Source of the DNA: a virus
Taxonomy: Duplodnaviria; Caudoviricetes
Reading direction: 5' to 3' (one strand)
Virus record (IMG/VR): IMGVR_UViG_3300032327_000490
Location: 1 to 27,509 of that record
DNA: 27,509 nt
The first letter of the stretch is position 1, and every line of letters starts with the position of its first letter. A program made the translations under genes and the position numbers. Below are positions 1 to 10,123 of the stretch, piece by piece. The notes under the pieces are model-generated. The model did no database searches and was not told where the DNA came from. It worked only from the letters and a program-made list of their open reading frames with translations.

Positions 1-462
1 ACCCTGAAATCCTTGAGCACCCTGAAATCCTTGAGCACCTTGAGCACCCTGAAATCCTTGAGCACCTTGAGCACCCTGAAATCCTTGAGCACCTTGAGCA
101 CCCTGAAATCCTTGAGCACCTTGAGCACCCTGAAATCCTTGAGCACCCTGAAATCCTTGAGCACCCTGAAATCCTTGAGCACCCTGAAATCCTTGAGCAC
201 CTGTACCACCTGTACCACCTGTAGCACCTTGAAATCCTTGAGCACCTTGAGCACCTGTACCACCTGTAGCACCTGTAGCACCTTGAAATCCTTGAGCACC
301 TTGAGCACCTGTACCACCTGTACCACCTGTAGCACCTGTAGCACCTTGAAATCCTTGAGCACCTTGAGCACCTGTACCACCTGTAGCACCTTGAAATCCT
401 TGAAATCCTTGAGCACCTGTACCACCTGTAGCACCTTGAAATCCTTGAGGACCAATTAATCC
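1..462 (-). repeat. Collagen-like (Gly-X-Y)n coding repeat built from 9-bp units ([12 protein letters not shown]), about 51 triplets, continuing beyond the window
   Basis: Plus-strand units ttgagcacc, (c/t)tgaaatcc, tgtagcacc and tgtaccacc. On the minus strand, in the fibre frame, every third residue is Gly. Confidence 0.95.
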
Positions 463-2910
463 ACTACTACTTCCAACCCAATATCCAGCAGAATTAACAA
501 TAGCAGTAGTCCCAATGTTAATTCCAGCGTTTGCATAAAAAGAACTATTAACTTTTAATATCGATGTATTAACTACAGATATAGTGCCATTCGCTAAAAC
601 TTCATCTGTAACTATTCTAGAAAATACGTTTGTATAAGTATTTGCAATTTGCCAATTATTAGCACCCTCCACCCAACGAATTTCAGCATTTGCACTTCGT
701 CCTGGTCTGTATAATCCAAATGAACCATTAACCGAACTCAAAAGTCCTGTTCCTATTACTAATGTGTTTGAAGCGTATACTGTTGTACCTGTAATGACAA
801 GACTACCACCAGTTTGTATATCTCCAGTAGCAACTATTTTTCCACCAACATAAACATTCTTTTCAATACCAACACCACCATCAACAATTAATGCACCAGT
901 ATCTTTAGTTGTAGATTGTGTTGTATCTGATATGAATACTGAATTACTAATTGTAAATAAACTGCCATTAATAGAAGCTACAGAATTTGTGCGTAAAATT
1001 GTATTAGCTTGTAACGTATTAGCTTGAAGATTGTTTGTATAAGATGTATCAGTAACACTTAGTGTTGGAGTACTAACTGATGTATTAGCTTGTAACGTAT
1101 TAGCTTGAAGATTGTTTGTGTAAGCAGTATTAACAACACTCAATGTTCTAGTATTAACTGATGTATTAGCTTGTAGAACATCAACGAAACCAGTACCTGT
1201 AACACTCAATGTTCTAGTATTAACTGATGTATTAGCTTGTAGAACATCAACGAAACCAGTACCTGTAACACTCAATGTTCTAGTATTAACTGATGTATTA
1301 GCTTGCAGAACATCAACGAAACCAGTACCTGTAACACTTAGAGTTCTAGTATTAACTGATGTATTGGCTTGTAGAACATCAACGAAACCAGTACTTGTTG
1401 CTGATAAAGTTCTAGTATTGATTGAAGAATTAGCTTGTAGAACATCAACGAAACCAGTACCTGTAACACTCAATGTTCTAGTATTAACTGATGTATTAGC
1501 TTGCAGAACATCAACGAAACCAGTACCTGTAACACTCAATGTTCTAGTATTAACTGATGTATTAGCTTGCAGAACGTTAACAAATGCTGTATTAACAACA
1601 CTTAAATTTGAAGTATTAACTGATGTATTAGCTTGCAGAACATCAACGAAACCAGTACCTGTAATACTTAGAGTTCTAGTATTAACTGATGTATTGGCTT
1701 GTAGAACATCAACGAAACCAGTACCTGTAACACTCAATGTTCTAGTATTAACTGATGTATTAGCTTGTAGAATATCAACAAAACCAGTACTTGTTGCTGA
1801 TAAAGTTCTAGTATTAACTGATGTATTAGCTTGCAGAACGTTAACAAATGCTGTATTAACAACACTTAAATTTGAAGTATTAACTGATGTATTAGCTTGT
1901 AGAATATCAACAAAACCAGTACTTGTTGCTGATAAAGTTCTAGTATTAACTGATGTATTGGCTTGTAGAACATCAACGAAACCAGTACCTGTAACACTTA
2001 GAGTTCTAGTATTAACTGATGTATTAGCTTGTAGAACGTTAACAAATGCTGTATTAACAACACTTAAATTTGAAGTATTAACTGATGTATTAGCTTGTAG
2101 AATATCAACAAAACCAGTACCTGTAACACTTAGAGTTCTAGTATTGATTGAAGAATTAGCTTGTAGAATATCAACAAAACCAGTACTTGTTGCTGATAAA
2201 GTTCTAGTATTGATTGAAGAATTAGCTTGTAGAATATCAACAAAACCAGTACCTGTTGCTGATAAAGTTCTAGTATTAACTGATGTATTAGCTTGTAGAA
2301 TATCAACAAAACCAGTACCTGTTGCTGATAAAGTTCTAGTATTGATTGAAGAATTAGCTTGTAGAATATCAACAAAACCAGTACCTGTAACACTTAGAGT
2401 TCTAGTATTAACTGATATATTAGACTGCACATTATTTGCAGTTGCATTATATCTAATTAAAACATTACTTTTAAACTCTGAGTCTCCAGTAACAGTTAAA
2501 ACATTATTTAATGTTGTTGGTCCTATTACGTTTAGAGAAGCTCCAATATTTGCCGTATTCGATACAGATAATCCTGTATTTGGTCCTGTTGCAAATAAAG
2601 GACCTTGAATGTTTGCTTTACCTCCTGTAACAAGGCTAAATTCTGTATTTAATAAACTTGTTAGACCACCGACTGTTAATGTGTTATCCACATAAACATT
2701 TGATCCTGGACCTGTAGATTCTATTGTATTATAGAAAGTAGCTTTACCGTTTGCACGAATCGATGGTGTTCCATTTAAAATTAATACTCCAGTATCTTTA
2801 GTATAATCTTGTTTTGCTAAAGTATTATTTTCTCTAGCTAAATTTACTGTTACAGCTACCCATTCAAAGAATGTATTAGCTGTGCTTATAATTGATACTA
2901 GATTAGCCAT
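1..2910 (-). CDS. Long tail-fibre/virion fibre protein with 22-aa tandem repeats and a collagen-like domain (3' end outside window, at least 970 aa)
   Basis: Not in the ORF track. ATG at 2910, preceded by AAGG. Translated by hand, the frame is open to position 1. N-terminus [29 protein letters not shown] (TFxxW fibre-type N-terminus); repeats such as [22 protein letters not shown]; fibre motif [28 protein letters not shown] (about 841-925); Gly-X-Y triplets from 462 to the window edge. Confidence 0.9.
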   Translation of the reverse strand, partial: MANLVSIISTANTFFEWVAVTVNLARENNTLAKQDYTKDTGVLILNGTPSIRANGKATFYNTIESTGPGSNVYVDNTLTVGGLTSLLNTEFSLVTGGKANIQGPLFATGPNTGLSVSNTANIGASLNVIGPTTLNNVLTVTGDSEFKSNVLIRYNATANNVQSNISVNTRTLSVTGTGFVDILQANSSINTRTLSATGTGFVDILQANTSVNTRTLSATGTGFVDILQANSSINTRTLSATSTGFVDILQANSSINTRTLSVTGTGFVDILQANTSVNTSNLSVVNTAFVNVLQANTSVNTRTLSVTGTGFVDVLQANTSVNTRTLSATSTGFVDILQANTSVNTSNLSVVNTAFVNVLQANTSVNTRTLSATSTGFVDILQANTSVNTRTLSVTGTGFVDVLQANTSVNTRTLSITGTGFVDVLQANTSVNTSNLSVVNTAFVNVLQANTSVNTRTLSVTGTGFVDVLQANTSVNTRTLSVTGTGFVDVLQANSSINTRTLSATSTGFVDVLQANTSVNTRTLSVTGTGFVDVLQANTSVNTRTLSVTGTGFVDVLQANTSVNTRTLSVTGTGFVDVLQANTSVNTRTLSVVNTAYTNNLQANTLQANTSVSTPTLSVTDTSYTNNLQANTLQANTILRTNSVASINGSLFTISNSVFISDTTQSTTKDTGALIVDGGVGIEKNVYVGGKIVATGDIQTGGSLVITGTTVYASNTLVIGTGLLSSVNGSFGLYRPGRSANAEIRWVEGANNWQIANTYTNVFSRIVTDEVLANGTISVVNTSILKVNSSFYANAGINIGTTAIVNSAGYWVGSSSGLIGPQGFQGATGGTGAQGFQGFQGATGGTGAQGAQGFQGATGATGGTGGTGAQGAQGFQGATGATGGTGAQGAQGFQGATGGTGGTGAQGFQGAQGFQGAQGFQGAQGFQGAQGAQGFQGAQGAQGFQGAQGAQGFQGAQGAQGFQGAQGFQG
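1006..2421 (-). repeat. 66-bp (22-aa) in-frame tandem repeat array: 19 regular units at 1168-2421 plus two degenerate 81-bp (15+66) units at 1006-1167
   Basis: (a/g)gcttg recurs at an exact 66-bp period from 1102 to 2356. Variants include [44 protein letters not shown] and [22 protein letters not shown]. Confidence 0.95.
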
Positions 2911-2911
2911 T

Positions 2912-3130
2912 TTAACCTTTTTGTAATAATTGAACTAACAAATCTTTAATATTAGTTAATTCTGATTTAATATCGTTAATTTCGGTTTTAACTTTATTTA
3001 TCTCTTCTTTTTGATTCGTTAAAATCTTAACTTTAGCATAATACTCATCTCTTGCTGCTGTGTCCATATTTATTAATGCCATAGAATTTGTGTCTCTAAC
3101 TAATTTTGTACCAGGAATTTCAACTAACAT
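2912..3130 (-). CDS. Small conserved T4-like phage protein (72 aa, C-terminal coiled coil)
   Basis: Likely start is ATG at 3130 ([21 protein letters not shown]), 1 nt after the upstream TGA, rather than 3160. The LVRD..S.A.IN motif is familiar from small ORFs that follow VrlC-like genes in T4-like phages. Confidence 0.75.
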   Translation of the reverse strand: MLVEIPGTKLVRDTNSMALINMDTAARDEYYAKVKILTNQKEEINKVKTEINDIKSELTNIKDLLVQLLQKG

Positions 3131-3131
3131 A

Positions 3132-6100
3132 TCAAAGACCTGTTCCTGATGGAAGAGCAATCGCTCGAAGACTTGTTAATATTGGCACAGTAGTTCTATC
3201 GGCAGAAGTCATAACAATTTTTATAGCAAATTGAATGAAAGAATTATACGTTTGTCCATTCGAACTTACATATGTGATATAGTTATCTGCTAAACCGTCA
3301 GTTCCTGGTGCAGCTTCAAATTCATATATATCATTTCTAGTTTTAGAAAATACTGATTTATTTCCTCCCACTGTCGTCATTAATTGCCATGAATTATCTT
3401 CAAAAATTGAATCGTCACCAGAACTCAATAATTTATAGAAAACATATATGTTTGTTCCTATTGGTCTATACGCAGTATAGTATACTCGTAAATCTTGAGA
3501 ATCGTTGCCTGGAGCAAGTACAACTTTTTTCGTTATGTATCTACAAAGAGCATTACCACCTATAGGCGAAAACTCACTCGTTGTTCTTATTATTGCTTGA
3601 GTTGTATTTGGTCCAGTTACAGTAATTGTTGGTGGATTCAAATAACCTGAACCATCTGTGGTAATAAAAATACTCTGTACATTACCTCCAGATAATGTTA
3701 GATTTGCTGATGCTTGAGTTCCATCTGGTAAATCTGGAAGAGAAACCGTCACTCTTGCATTTGAATCATAACCTTCACCATCATCTACTATAATTATTTG
3801 ATTGTTTGAAAGTCCCAAATTATTTACTTTCCATTCAATATTATAGAGTGTTAATCCATCATCAGATAACATAGGAGAAAGTATATCATCTTGAGTACTT
3901 AATGTTGCGGAAAGTTTAAAAGAGTCATTTAAATTTTTTAATAATATTCTTTCACCTAAACCATCAGATAGATATATGTCATTAATTGTTGGACAACCAA
4001 ACTTTCCGGGTGCAACAGCAAAAGGACCAACTCCATCACCAGTTGACAATAATTTTGAAACATAAGAATAAGAAATATTCGTACTATTTGGAATAAAATC
4101 TGTTGTTGTAATGTTATATGCACAAGAAACAACATTATCTTGTGGATAATCTCCATTGACATTAATTACTATGTCAGGATTAGCATTATAACTAATAGTA
4201 GATGATGGAATTTTACGGTAAGGTAAATTTTTTGGAATAACAAAATCAATAATTCTTGAGCCTATATCAAATTTACAACGTTTAATGTCCATCATCATAC
4301 TTTTTGCTGGATCTGCTACCCATGTTATACCGTTTTGAGATTCAAATAATCCACCAACATATGGTGCAATTCCTAATTTTTGTACTCCTGTAGGATTAGC
4401 ATCAGTGTAATTTGTTTTTGCTGTTGAAGAAATTATTTCTTTATCTTTTGCAGCAATATATAAGTTATATTCTGTAGAAGCACTTTTTACGATAAAAGCA
4501 TATAATAATCCTGATTGAATATATACTGGCGCTGGAAATTTAAATACTGTCGCAGCATTAGGATTCAAATAATGTAAGTTTTCTGTTGTAGAAATAACTT
4601 TTACATCATTTGGATATAATGTAACAATCGAATAATCTAATGTTTCGCCGTCTGGATATCCGTTTTGTGTACCTACAATAGATAATGTAATTGAATCATT
4701 CGTTTGTGTTGGTTTACTCTGAAAAAATAAAGAAATTGATTCTAAAAATAATCCATTTGGATAATTATCTTTTTGAAAAATAAATGTTTGAGCAACAGGA
4801 TCATCACCAGCACCATCACCACCAGGTGGTGGTGGTGGATTAATATATTGTACGGATTGGCCAATTAATTGATTATATAAAGTTTTTGTTTGTTTGAATG
4901 TATTTTTTGCACCAGCTATAGATGTTCCAAAATCCAGAGCTTGCGATCTTGTAGATAGACCAGAAGCAGTAAAAGTGCCTTTTGCTAAAGATGTTGCCGA
5001 ACCAGAATCTGTTGCTACTGTTCTTGTTTCGACAGTAAAAACACGTTCACCCGTTTTAAATTTGTTTGCCGGTACATTAAAAACTCCATTAAAAACACCA
5101 GCTTCATTTGTTGATAATGTTTCCAGTTTACTGATTTGTGATCCTTTTTTGTATGAAAGTTCAGTACCATCAATTGTATAAGAAGATGTTAAATCACCAA
5201 ATTTTGAGTTCGTGCCTATACTAATCGGTACTGCTTGATCAAGTGTTACTGAGCAATTCGCAGCATCGTATCCTGTAATAATAACATCATTTGAATTTAT
5301 AGTATCTAATTTAAATGTTTTACCTGTTTTGTCTGCTGGATCTGGTATTATTTGCTTTGTAATTATATTAATTTTACAACCTTTATAATAATCATCTACA
5401 GTGCTGGCAGTACCACTTAAAGAAATTTTTGTTACTCCAGAATAGTATATGCCTCCTCCTGATACAGGAAGTACTGATCCTGGAGAATATACTGGATCAG
5501 GAGAAACAGTAAGTAGAGAATTTGTTGAGAATAGAATATTACCAGACGTATTAGGAGTACCATCAGGTCCATTTGTCCACGGCTTATCTGAAATTGCCAC
5601 AGCAAAAAATTCATTTGTACCAGTAGTACCAGTAGAATATAGTTCAACATTATATGCAGTACCAGGACTTTGATATGTTAAGTTGGCAGAAGTTCCTGAT
5701 GACCAAACAACGGTGGGAGTATTACCAACTTTAAAATAACCAGTTTTACCAGGACTAGAATTCACCATTGCATAAGTTGTACCTTTGGGTGGTGTGATAC
5801 TAAATTTACCAGCTGGTAATGTTGTTCCTTTTTGATTTGGATTTGACCAAATACCATGAGTCGATGCAAAATTGTTCGCTACGGGATATACTCGATAATA
5901 TTTGAGCGTTGATCCAACCAAATCTTTAATTGAATTTCCAGCAGAAGTTACTAAACCAGTTTTATGCACAGAAATAAATGATTCTGAATTTACTAATGTA
6001 CCTTGTGCTGTGCTTGTTTGATAGTTTCCATTAACATCAAAAAAACTGTTATATATTGTACCTGCACCCACAGAAGGATAAGAGGAAAGATAATTGCCTA

Positions 6101-9100
6101 CAACATATAATCTACAATTAGCAGTACCAGGATAATAATATGCAGTTGAAACTTTAGCGACAGGAAGAAATTTACTATTATAACTAAATCCAATTACATC
6201 ATCTTCTTTAAATGTGCCCGTACAATTTTTCAATTCGATAACATCATCAGTCATCATGTAGCTATTAACTATTTGGCCATCAAATGTACATGTAACAGGT
6301 GTATTTATTTTTAAGCCTTTTGCACGAATAGAAATTTGTTGAGGCCTAATATAAGACTCAATACTCACATCTGTAATATAATTATTATTTATACTATATG
6401 TATTATCAATTTTATCGTAAGTGCCGCTAACATTAGTTTGAGTTTTCGTTGCATAAGTTGCACTAATAATCGTTGTACCGCCGGCACTGTCAACAAAGGT
6501 TTCAACATCTGTTTTTGCTGTTCCAGGTACAACTTTCCAATCTCCGGAAACCAATGGATTTACGGTGGTACCTTCTTTATAAATTTGAAGGTCTTTATTG
6601 GTAATAACTAAATCTGGTTGTTTTGTGTTGTCTACCCAATTATCCATTGGTGGATTAATATCTAAAACACCTTCTCCCACTGAAACTCCAAATGGATTAA
6701 CATTGACAGTAGAAGTTGCATATTGTTGATTAGTTACAGAAGAACTAGTATATGGTAAGCAAAATATATTAGTTTTATTGATGTTGAATACAGTAAATAG
6801 AGCTGGATTTGGTTTATCTAAAGTAGATAATAATATTTGCGACTGTAATGCAAAGTTTGATATGTTTTGTTGTGCTGTTAATTGATTTGTTCTTTTATTA
6901 ATTGAACATGTGAAATCAGGATTTCCAGTGTCTGCTGTGGCAAAAGAAGAAAAATCATCTACTAAGATACCATTTTTAAATCGATTTAATCCGTTAACAT
7001 CTGGTATTTGTGTAGATTGTGCTTTTTGTTCCAATGCATTTAATACTGTATAAAATTCAATATTATTGATTCTTCTCTGTATATTTGCAATATCTTGCAT
7101 TGTAAATCGTTTGTGTTGCACGGGTTCTATCGATACATTTGGTAATATTCCTGAAGGAGTTTCTCCTCCAACATAAGATGTATAAGGATCTAAAGTAATT
7201 TTCGCAAGAAGTAATGCTCCGTCAGGTTCTACTGGAAATTTAGGATTAGTTGAAGATATTCCATTGATAACTTGAAAAATCTTATCTTTTGACAAAATCA
7301 ATATATCTTTTCTAGGTAAATAATAGCTATAGTCATTAACAAAAATAGATAAATCTGAAGGAATAAGTGCTCCTGCATCCGTAATTGTTTGATCTCCCGA
7401 AAAAGCAAAAGTAAAAGTTGAAACAGCATTTCTTCTAGTTGGTCTAAAATCTACACAATCTCGTAATGGATAACTTGATCCATTTTTTGAAACATACGTT
7501 GGTATTTCTTTATATTCTTCAGGACTAGATGAAACCGGAGATAAGTATGACGTTACATCAAAATATCCATCGCCGCCAGCAGGTAAATAATAGTCAAATA
7601 AAACAAGTAGATTCCCTTGAGCTTTTGGTGCACCATTTTTTAATGTGATTGTCGCATGATCATAATAATTATCTGTTTGTCCATTATTAAAATCATAATT
7701 TGCAGTTACGTCGTAAGTTGGATCTACTAACATACTGTTTGTTGGAGAAGTTGCTGCTGATTGAGTATCAATAATTTTAACAATTTTTTTAACATCTGAA
7801 ACAAACAGACTTTGTTTTTTTCCTGACGCGACGATACCTGCTTTTTGAATATAAACTTGACCGTATGTTAAATCAACTTTTGTGAAAACGGCAACAGTTG
7901 TACCACTAATATGCACTTGATCAGTTGCAGCTTTTATTAAGTTTTTACCACGTAGTACATATGAAGTATTGTCTGCATTCGAAACATAAACTTTCGCAAT
8001 AACATCAACAGTTAAGCCAGTCGCTATTAAATTTAATGTGGTAAATGTTGCAGTCAGTTTACTATCTGCAATAGTTATGTAACTATTAGCATCATTTGCA
8101 AAATTAAGAATTTGTCCATTTGTTAAACCAGAGTTACTTCCTCTATCGCGTACAATAACAGTAAATAATGAAGTGGCCTCAGAATCGGTTAGATTTCCTT
8201 GTGTTTGTGTTCTACCTTTAAAATTTAAAGATGATGGTAATGTAATTGAAAGTTGTGTTTTTCCTGAAGTGTAAGTGAAAGTTTTATTTCTAAAATATTT
8301 TTGAGATTCATATGATTTGTCACTTAGTGTTTTAACATATCTATTTCCTAGTGAAAATAATAACTCAGGTCTAGTAGTATCTTGTATAACAACATCACCG
8401 GAAGGAATATTTCCAATTTTGCTTGCTTTATTGATTGAGGCTGATGCCATTATATAATTATTTGAATTCGCCCTTACAATTGTTTCAGCATCTTTTAATT
8501 GAAATTTTATTGTAAAGTTTGGTGGTGATGCTGGTATTATTGCAAATGATGGAGAAATTGTTGCTGTTTTTGTCGATCCGTTATATGCTGTAATTATTGC
8601 AGTGCTCGCACCTGTGGTTGTTACTCCAGAATCCATAGTAATAGTTGCACCAACATACGCATCATTTGCTGATGAAAATTTACCAGTTCTATCAAAGAAA
8701 GATATAGTATTAGCTGTAGTCGAAGATGCATTTGATGTTAATGTTGTAGTTAATGTATCAAAAACATGCATCTTATACACATAACTAGAAGTATCAGTTA
8801 TTGTATTACTAAAGTACACATAATCTAAATTGCGAATTCTTGATGTTGCTATTAGAGTTGAATTATACGTGTTTGCATTTGCAGTTGAAACATTAGCTAG
8901 TGCAACGCAATGTATATCAACTTGATTCATATCAGTAATATCAAAACTTCCTATAGAACTACCTTTAACGTTATCAGTATAAAGAAAGTTTCCATAATCT
9001 ATAAAAATATTATTATTATTTTGTGATTTAAATTCACGCGCCCTGTCTACTGCTATTCTAAGAGGATATTGATTCTCGATTCTATAACCACGAACATAAG

Positions 9101-10121
9101 CTACACCTTTACTAATACTTAATTCAAAAATATTAGAATTTATAGTATTTGCTGATGTTCCTAATTTAAAATCATTAACAATATAATCACCATTTGTATC
9201 ATATGTTCTTTTTGCAAAATAATCATCAATTTTAGAGTAAACTGTATCATCAACCTGTCTAGTAATAACTCCATTTTCAACACGAACTAATTCAATAAAA
9301 TTTTGATCATTGACTAATTGAAAAGGAAATGATATTAGCGTTAAATCAATTAAGTATCGATCTGCTCCAGGTGCTTGATAGTTTGATGATCCTAAAGTTG
9401 GATCTAACAAATCTGGACTATCAACATAATCGATATACGTTTCAGTGATTAATAAACCAATTCTAGCAGTGGGAACAGATGAATATTTACTTAAAATAAC
9501 AGTGGATGGCTGTACTGATACAAAATTTCCTATAGAATATCGTGAATATGTGCCATCTTGATTTTGTTCCGTTGAAATGTTATATCCATTAACTACATAA
9601 AAAACACCTTGAGTAATTGATGCTACTGAAGAGCGTCCTGAACAAGTTGTTCCTCCAGCTATACCAATTGTCGATCCTAAAGCGTTTGTTCCATCAATCG
9701 AGTATATAACTAAAGCATCTGAGAATTGTGATCCTGATAAATAAGAAACTATTAATGTTGGTGGATCACCACCTTCACCAGTCGATTCCGCTGTAGCAAT
9801 AACTCTAGCAACAATTGATCCTGTCACATCTGTAATAAGACTATTTAAAAAATTACTAGCAACAATATCTTCACCTTCATATTGATTGTTTAATTTGATA
9901 TAATGACATGCCAAATTAAGTGTAACTTTACCACCAGTAACAGGTGTATTTTTTGCGAAAATAGCATCAGCAAAATTTGAAATTTGATTTTGTAAAATAG
10001 TTTGTAATTGAGTTAATTCTCGTGCTTGGACTGCTCTACCAGGCTTGAACAGAATTCTATGGTAGTTTTTGTTTGGATCAAAATCATCATAGTATGGATC
10101 TGTATTAAAATTTAATGCCAT
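3132..10121 (-). CDS. Large virion structural protein, DUF4815 / VrlC-like (2329 aa)
   Basis: N-terminus PYYDDFD...YHRILFKPGRAVQARELTQLQTILQNQI; internal RFTMQDI...RINNIEFYT.LNALE, NRFKNGILVDDF and DPVAQTF motifs; lies downstream of gp8, as in cyanophage-type T4-like phages. Confidence 0.85.
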   Translation of the reverse strand: MALNFNTDPYYDDFDPNKNYHRILFKPGRAVQARELTQLQTILQNQISNFADAIFAKNTPVTGGKVTLNLACHYIKLNNQYEGEDIVASNFLNSLITDVTGSIVARVIATAESTGEGGDPPTLIVSYLSGSQFSDALVIYSIDGTNALGSTIGIAGGTTCSGRSSVASITQGVFYVVNGYNISTEQNQDGTYSRYSIGNFVSVQPSTVILSKYSSVPTARIGLLITETYIDYVDSPDLLDPTLGSSNYQAPGADRYLIDLTLISFPFQLVNDQNFIELVRVENGVITRQVDDTVYSKIDDYFAKRTYDTNGDYIVNDFKLGTSANTINSNIFELSISKGVAYVRGYRIENQYPLRIAVDRAREFKSQNNNNIFIDYGNFLYTDNVKGSSIGSFDITDMNQVDIHCVALANVSTANANTYNSTLIATSRIRNLDYVYFSNTITDTSSYVYKMHVFDTLTTTLTSNASSTTANTISFFDRTGKFSSANDAYVGATITMDSGVTTTGASTAIITAYNGSTKTATISPSFAIIPASPPNFTIKFQLKDAETIVRANSNNYIMASASINKASKIGNIPSGDVVIQDTTRPELLFSLGNRYVKTLSDKSYESQKYFRNKTFTYTSGKTQLSITLPSSLNFKGRTQTQGNLTDSEATSLFTVIVRDRGSNSGLTNGQILNFANDANSYITIADSKLTATFTTLNLIATGLTVDVIAKVYVSNADNTSYVLRGKNLIKAATDQVHISGTTVAVFTKVDLTYGQVYIQKAGIVASGKKQSLFVSDVKKIVKIIDTQSAATSPTNSMLVDPTYDVTANYDFNNGQTDNYYDHATITLKNGAPKAQGNLLVLFDYYLPAGGDGYFDVTSYLSPVSSSPEEYKEIPTYVSKNGSSYPLRDCVDFRPTRRNAVSTFTFAFSGDQTITDAGALIPSDLSIFVNDYSYYLPRKDILILSKDKIFQVINGISSTNPKFPVEPDGALLLAKITLDPYTSYVGGETPSGILPNVSIEPVQHKRFTMQDIANIQRRINNIEFYTVLNALEQKAQSTQIPDVNGLNRFKNGILVDDFSSFATADTGNPDFTCSINKRTNQLTAQQNISNFALQSQILLSTLDKPNPALFTVFNINKTNIFCLPYTSSSVTNQQYATSTVNVNPFGVSVGEGVLDINPPMDNWVDNTKQPDLVITNKDLQIYKEGTTVNPLVSGDWKVVPGTAKTDVETFVDSAGGTTIISATYATKTQTNVSGTYDKIDNTYSINNNYITDVSIESYIRPQQISIRAKGLKINTPVTCTFDGQIVNSYMMTDDVIELKNCTGTFKEDDVIGFSYNSKFLPVAKVSTAYYYPGTANCRLYVVGNYLSSYPSVGAGTIYNSFFDVNGNYQTSTAQGTLVNSESFISVHKTGLVTSAGNSIKDLVGSTLKYYRVYPVANNFASTHGIWSNPNQKGTTLPAGKFSITPPKGTTYAMVNSSPGKTGYFKVGNTPTVVWSSGTSANLTYQSPGTAYNVELYSTGTTGTNEFFAVAISDKPWTNGPDGTPNTSGNILFSTNSLLTVSPDPVYSPGSVLPVSGGGIYYSGVTKISLSGTASTVDDYYKGCKINIITKQIIPDPADKTGKTFKLDTINSNDVIITGYDAANCSVTLDQAVPISIGTNSKFGDLTSSYTIDGTELSYKKGSQISKLETLSTNEAGVFNGVFNVPANKFKTGERVFTVETRTVATDSGSATSLAKGTFTASGLSTRSQALDFGTSIAGAKNTFKQTKTLYNQLIGQSVQYINPPPPPGGDGAGDDPVAQTFIFQKDNYPNGLFLESISLFFQSKPTQTNDSITLSIVGTQNGYPDGETLDYSIVTLYPNDVKVISTTENLHYLNPNAATVFKFPAPVYIQSGLLYAFIVKSASTEYNLYIAAKDKEIISSTAKTNYTDANPTGVQKLGIAPYVGGLFESQNGITWVADPAKSMMMDIKRCKFDIGSRIIDFVIPKNLPYRKIPSSTISYNANPDIVINVNGDYPQDNVVSCAYNITTTDFIPNSTNISYSYVSKLLSTGDGVGPFAVAPGKFGCPTINDIYLSDGLGERILLKNLNDSFKLSATLSTQDDILSPMLSDDGLTLYNIEWKVNNLGLSNNQIIIVDDGEGYDSNARVTVSLPDLPDGTQASANLTLSGGNVQSIFITTDGSGYLNPPTITVTGPNTTQAIIRTTSEFSPIGGNALCRYITKKVVLAPGNDSQDLRVYYTAYRPIGTNIYVFYKLLSSGDDSIFEDNSWQLMTTVGGNKSVFSKTRNDIYEFEAAPGTDGLADNYITYVSSNGQTYNSFIQFAIKIVMTSADRTTVPILTSLRAIALPSGTGL

Positions 10122-10123
10122 TG

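Noticed and set aside
13-459. Plus-strand ORF of STLKSL/TCT repeats
   Set aside because: Antisense shadow of the collagen tract; the minus frame has perfect Gly periodicity and is continuous with the fibre gene.
1006-2421. CRISPR array or DGR template/variable repeat
   Set aside because: The 66-bp period resembles CRISPR, but there are no unique spacers and the units are in-frame coding. No cas or reverse transcriptase gene is in the window, and the variation is segmental rather than adenine-specific.
1364-2608. Plus-strand 414-aa repeat ORF (and the minus-strand 2130-2393 ORF)
   Set aside because: Open only because the 66-bp unit lacks stops in that frame; no RBS; overlaps the real minus-strand gene.
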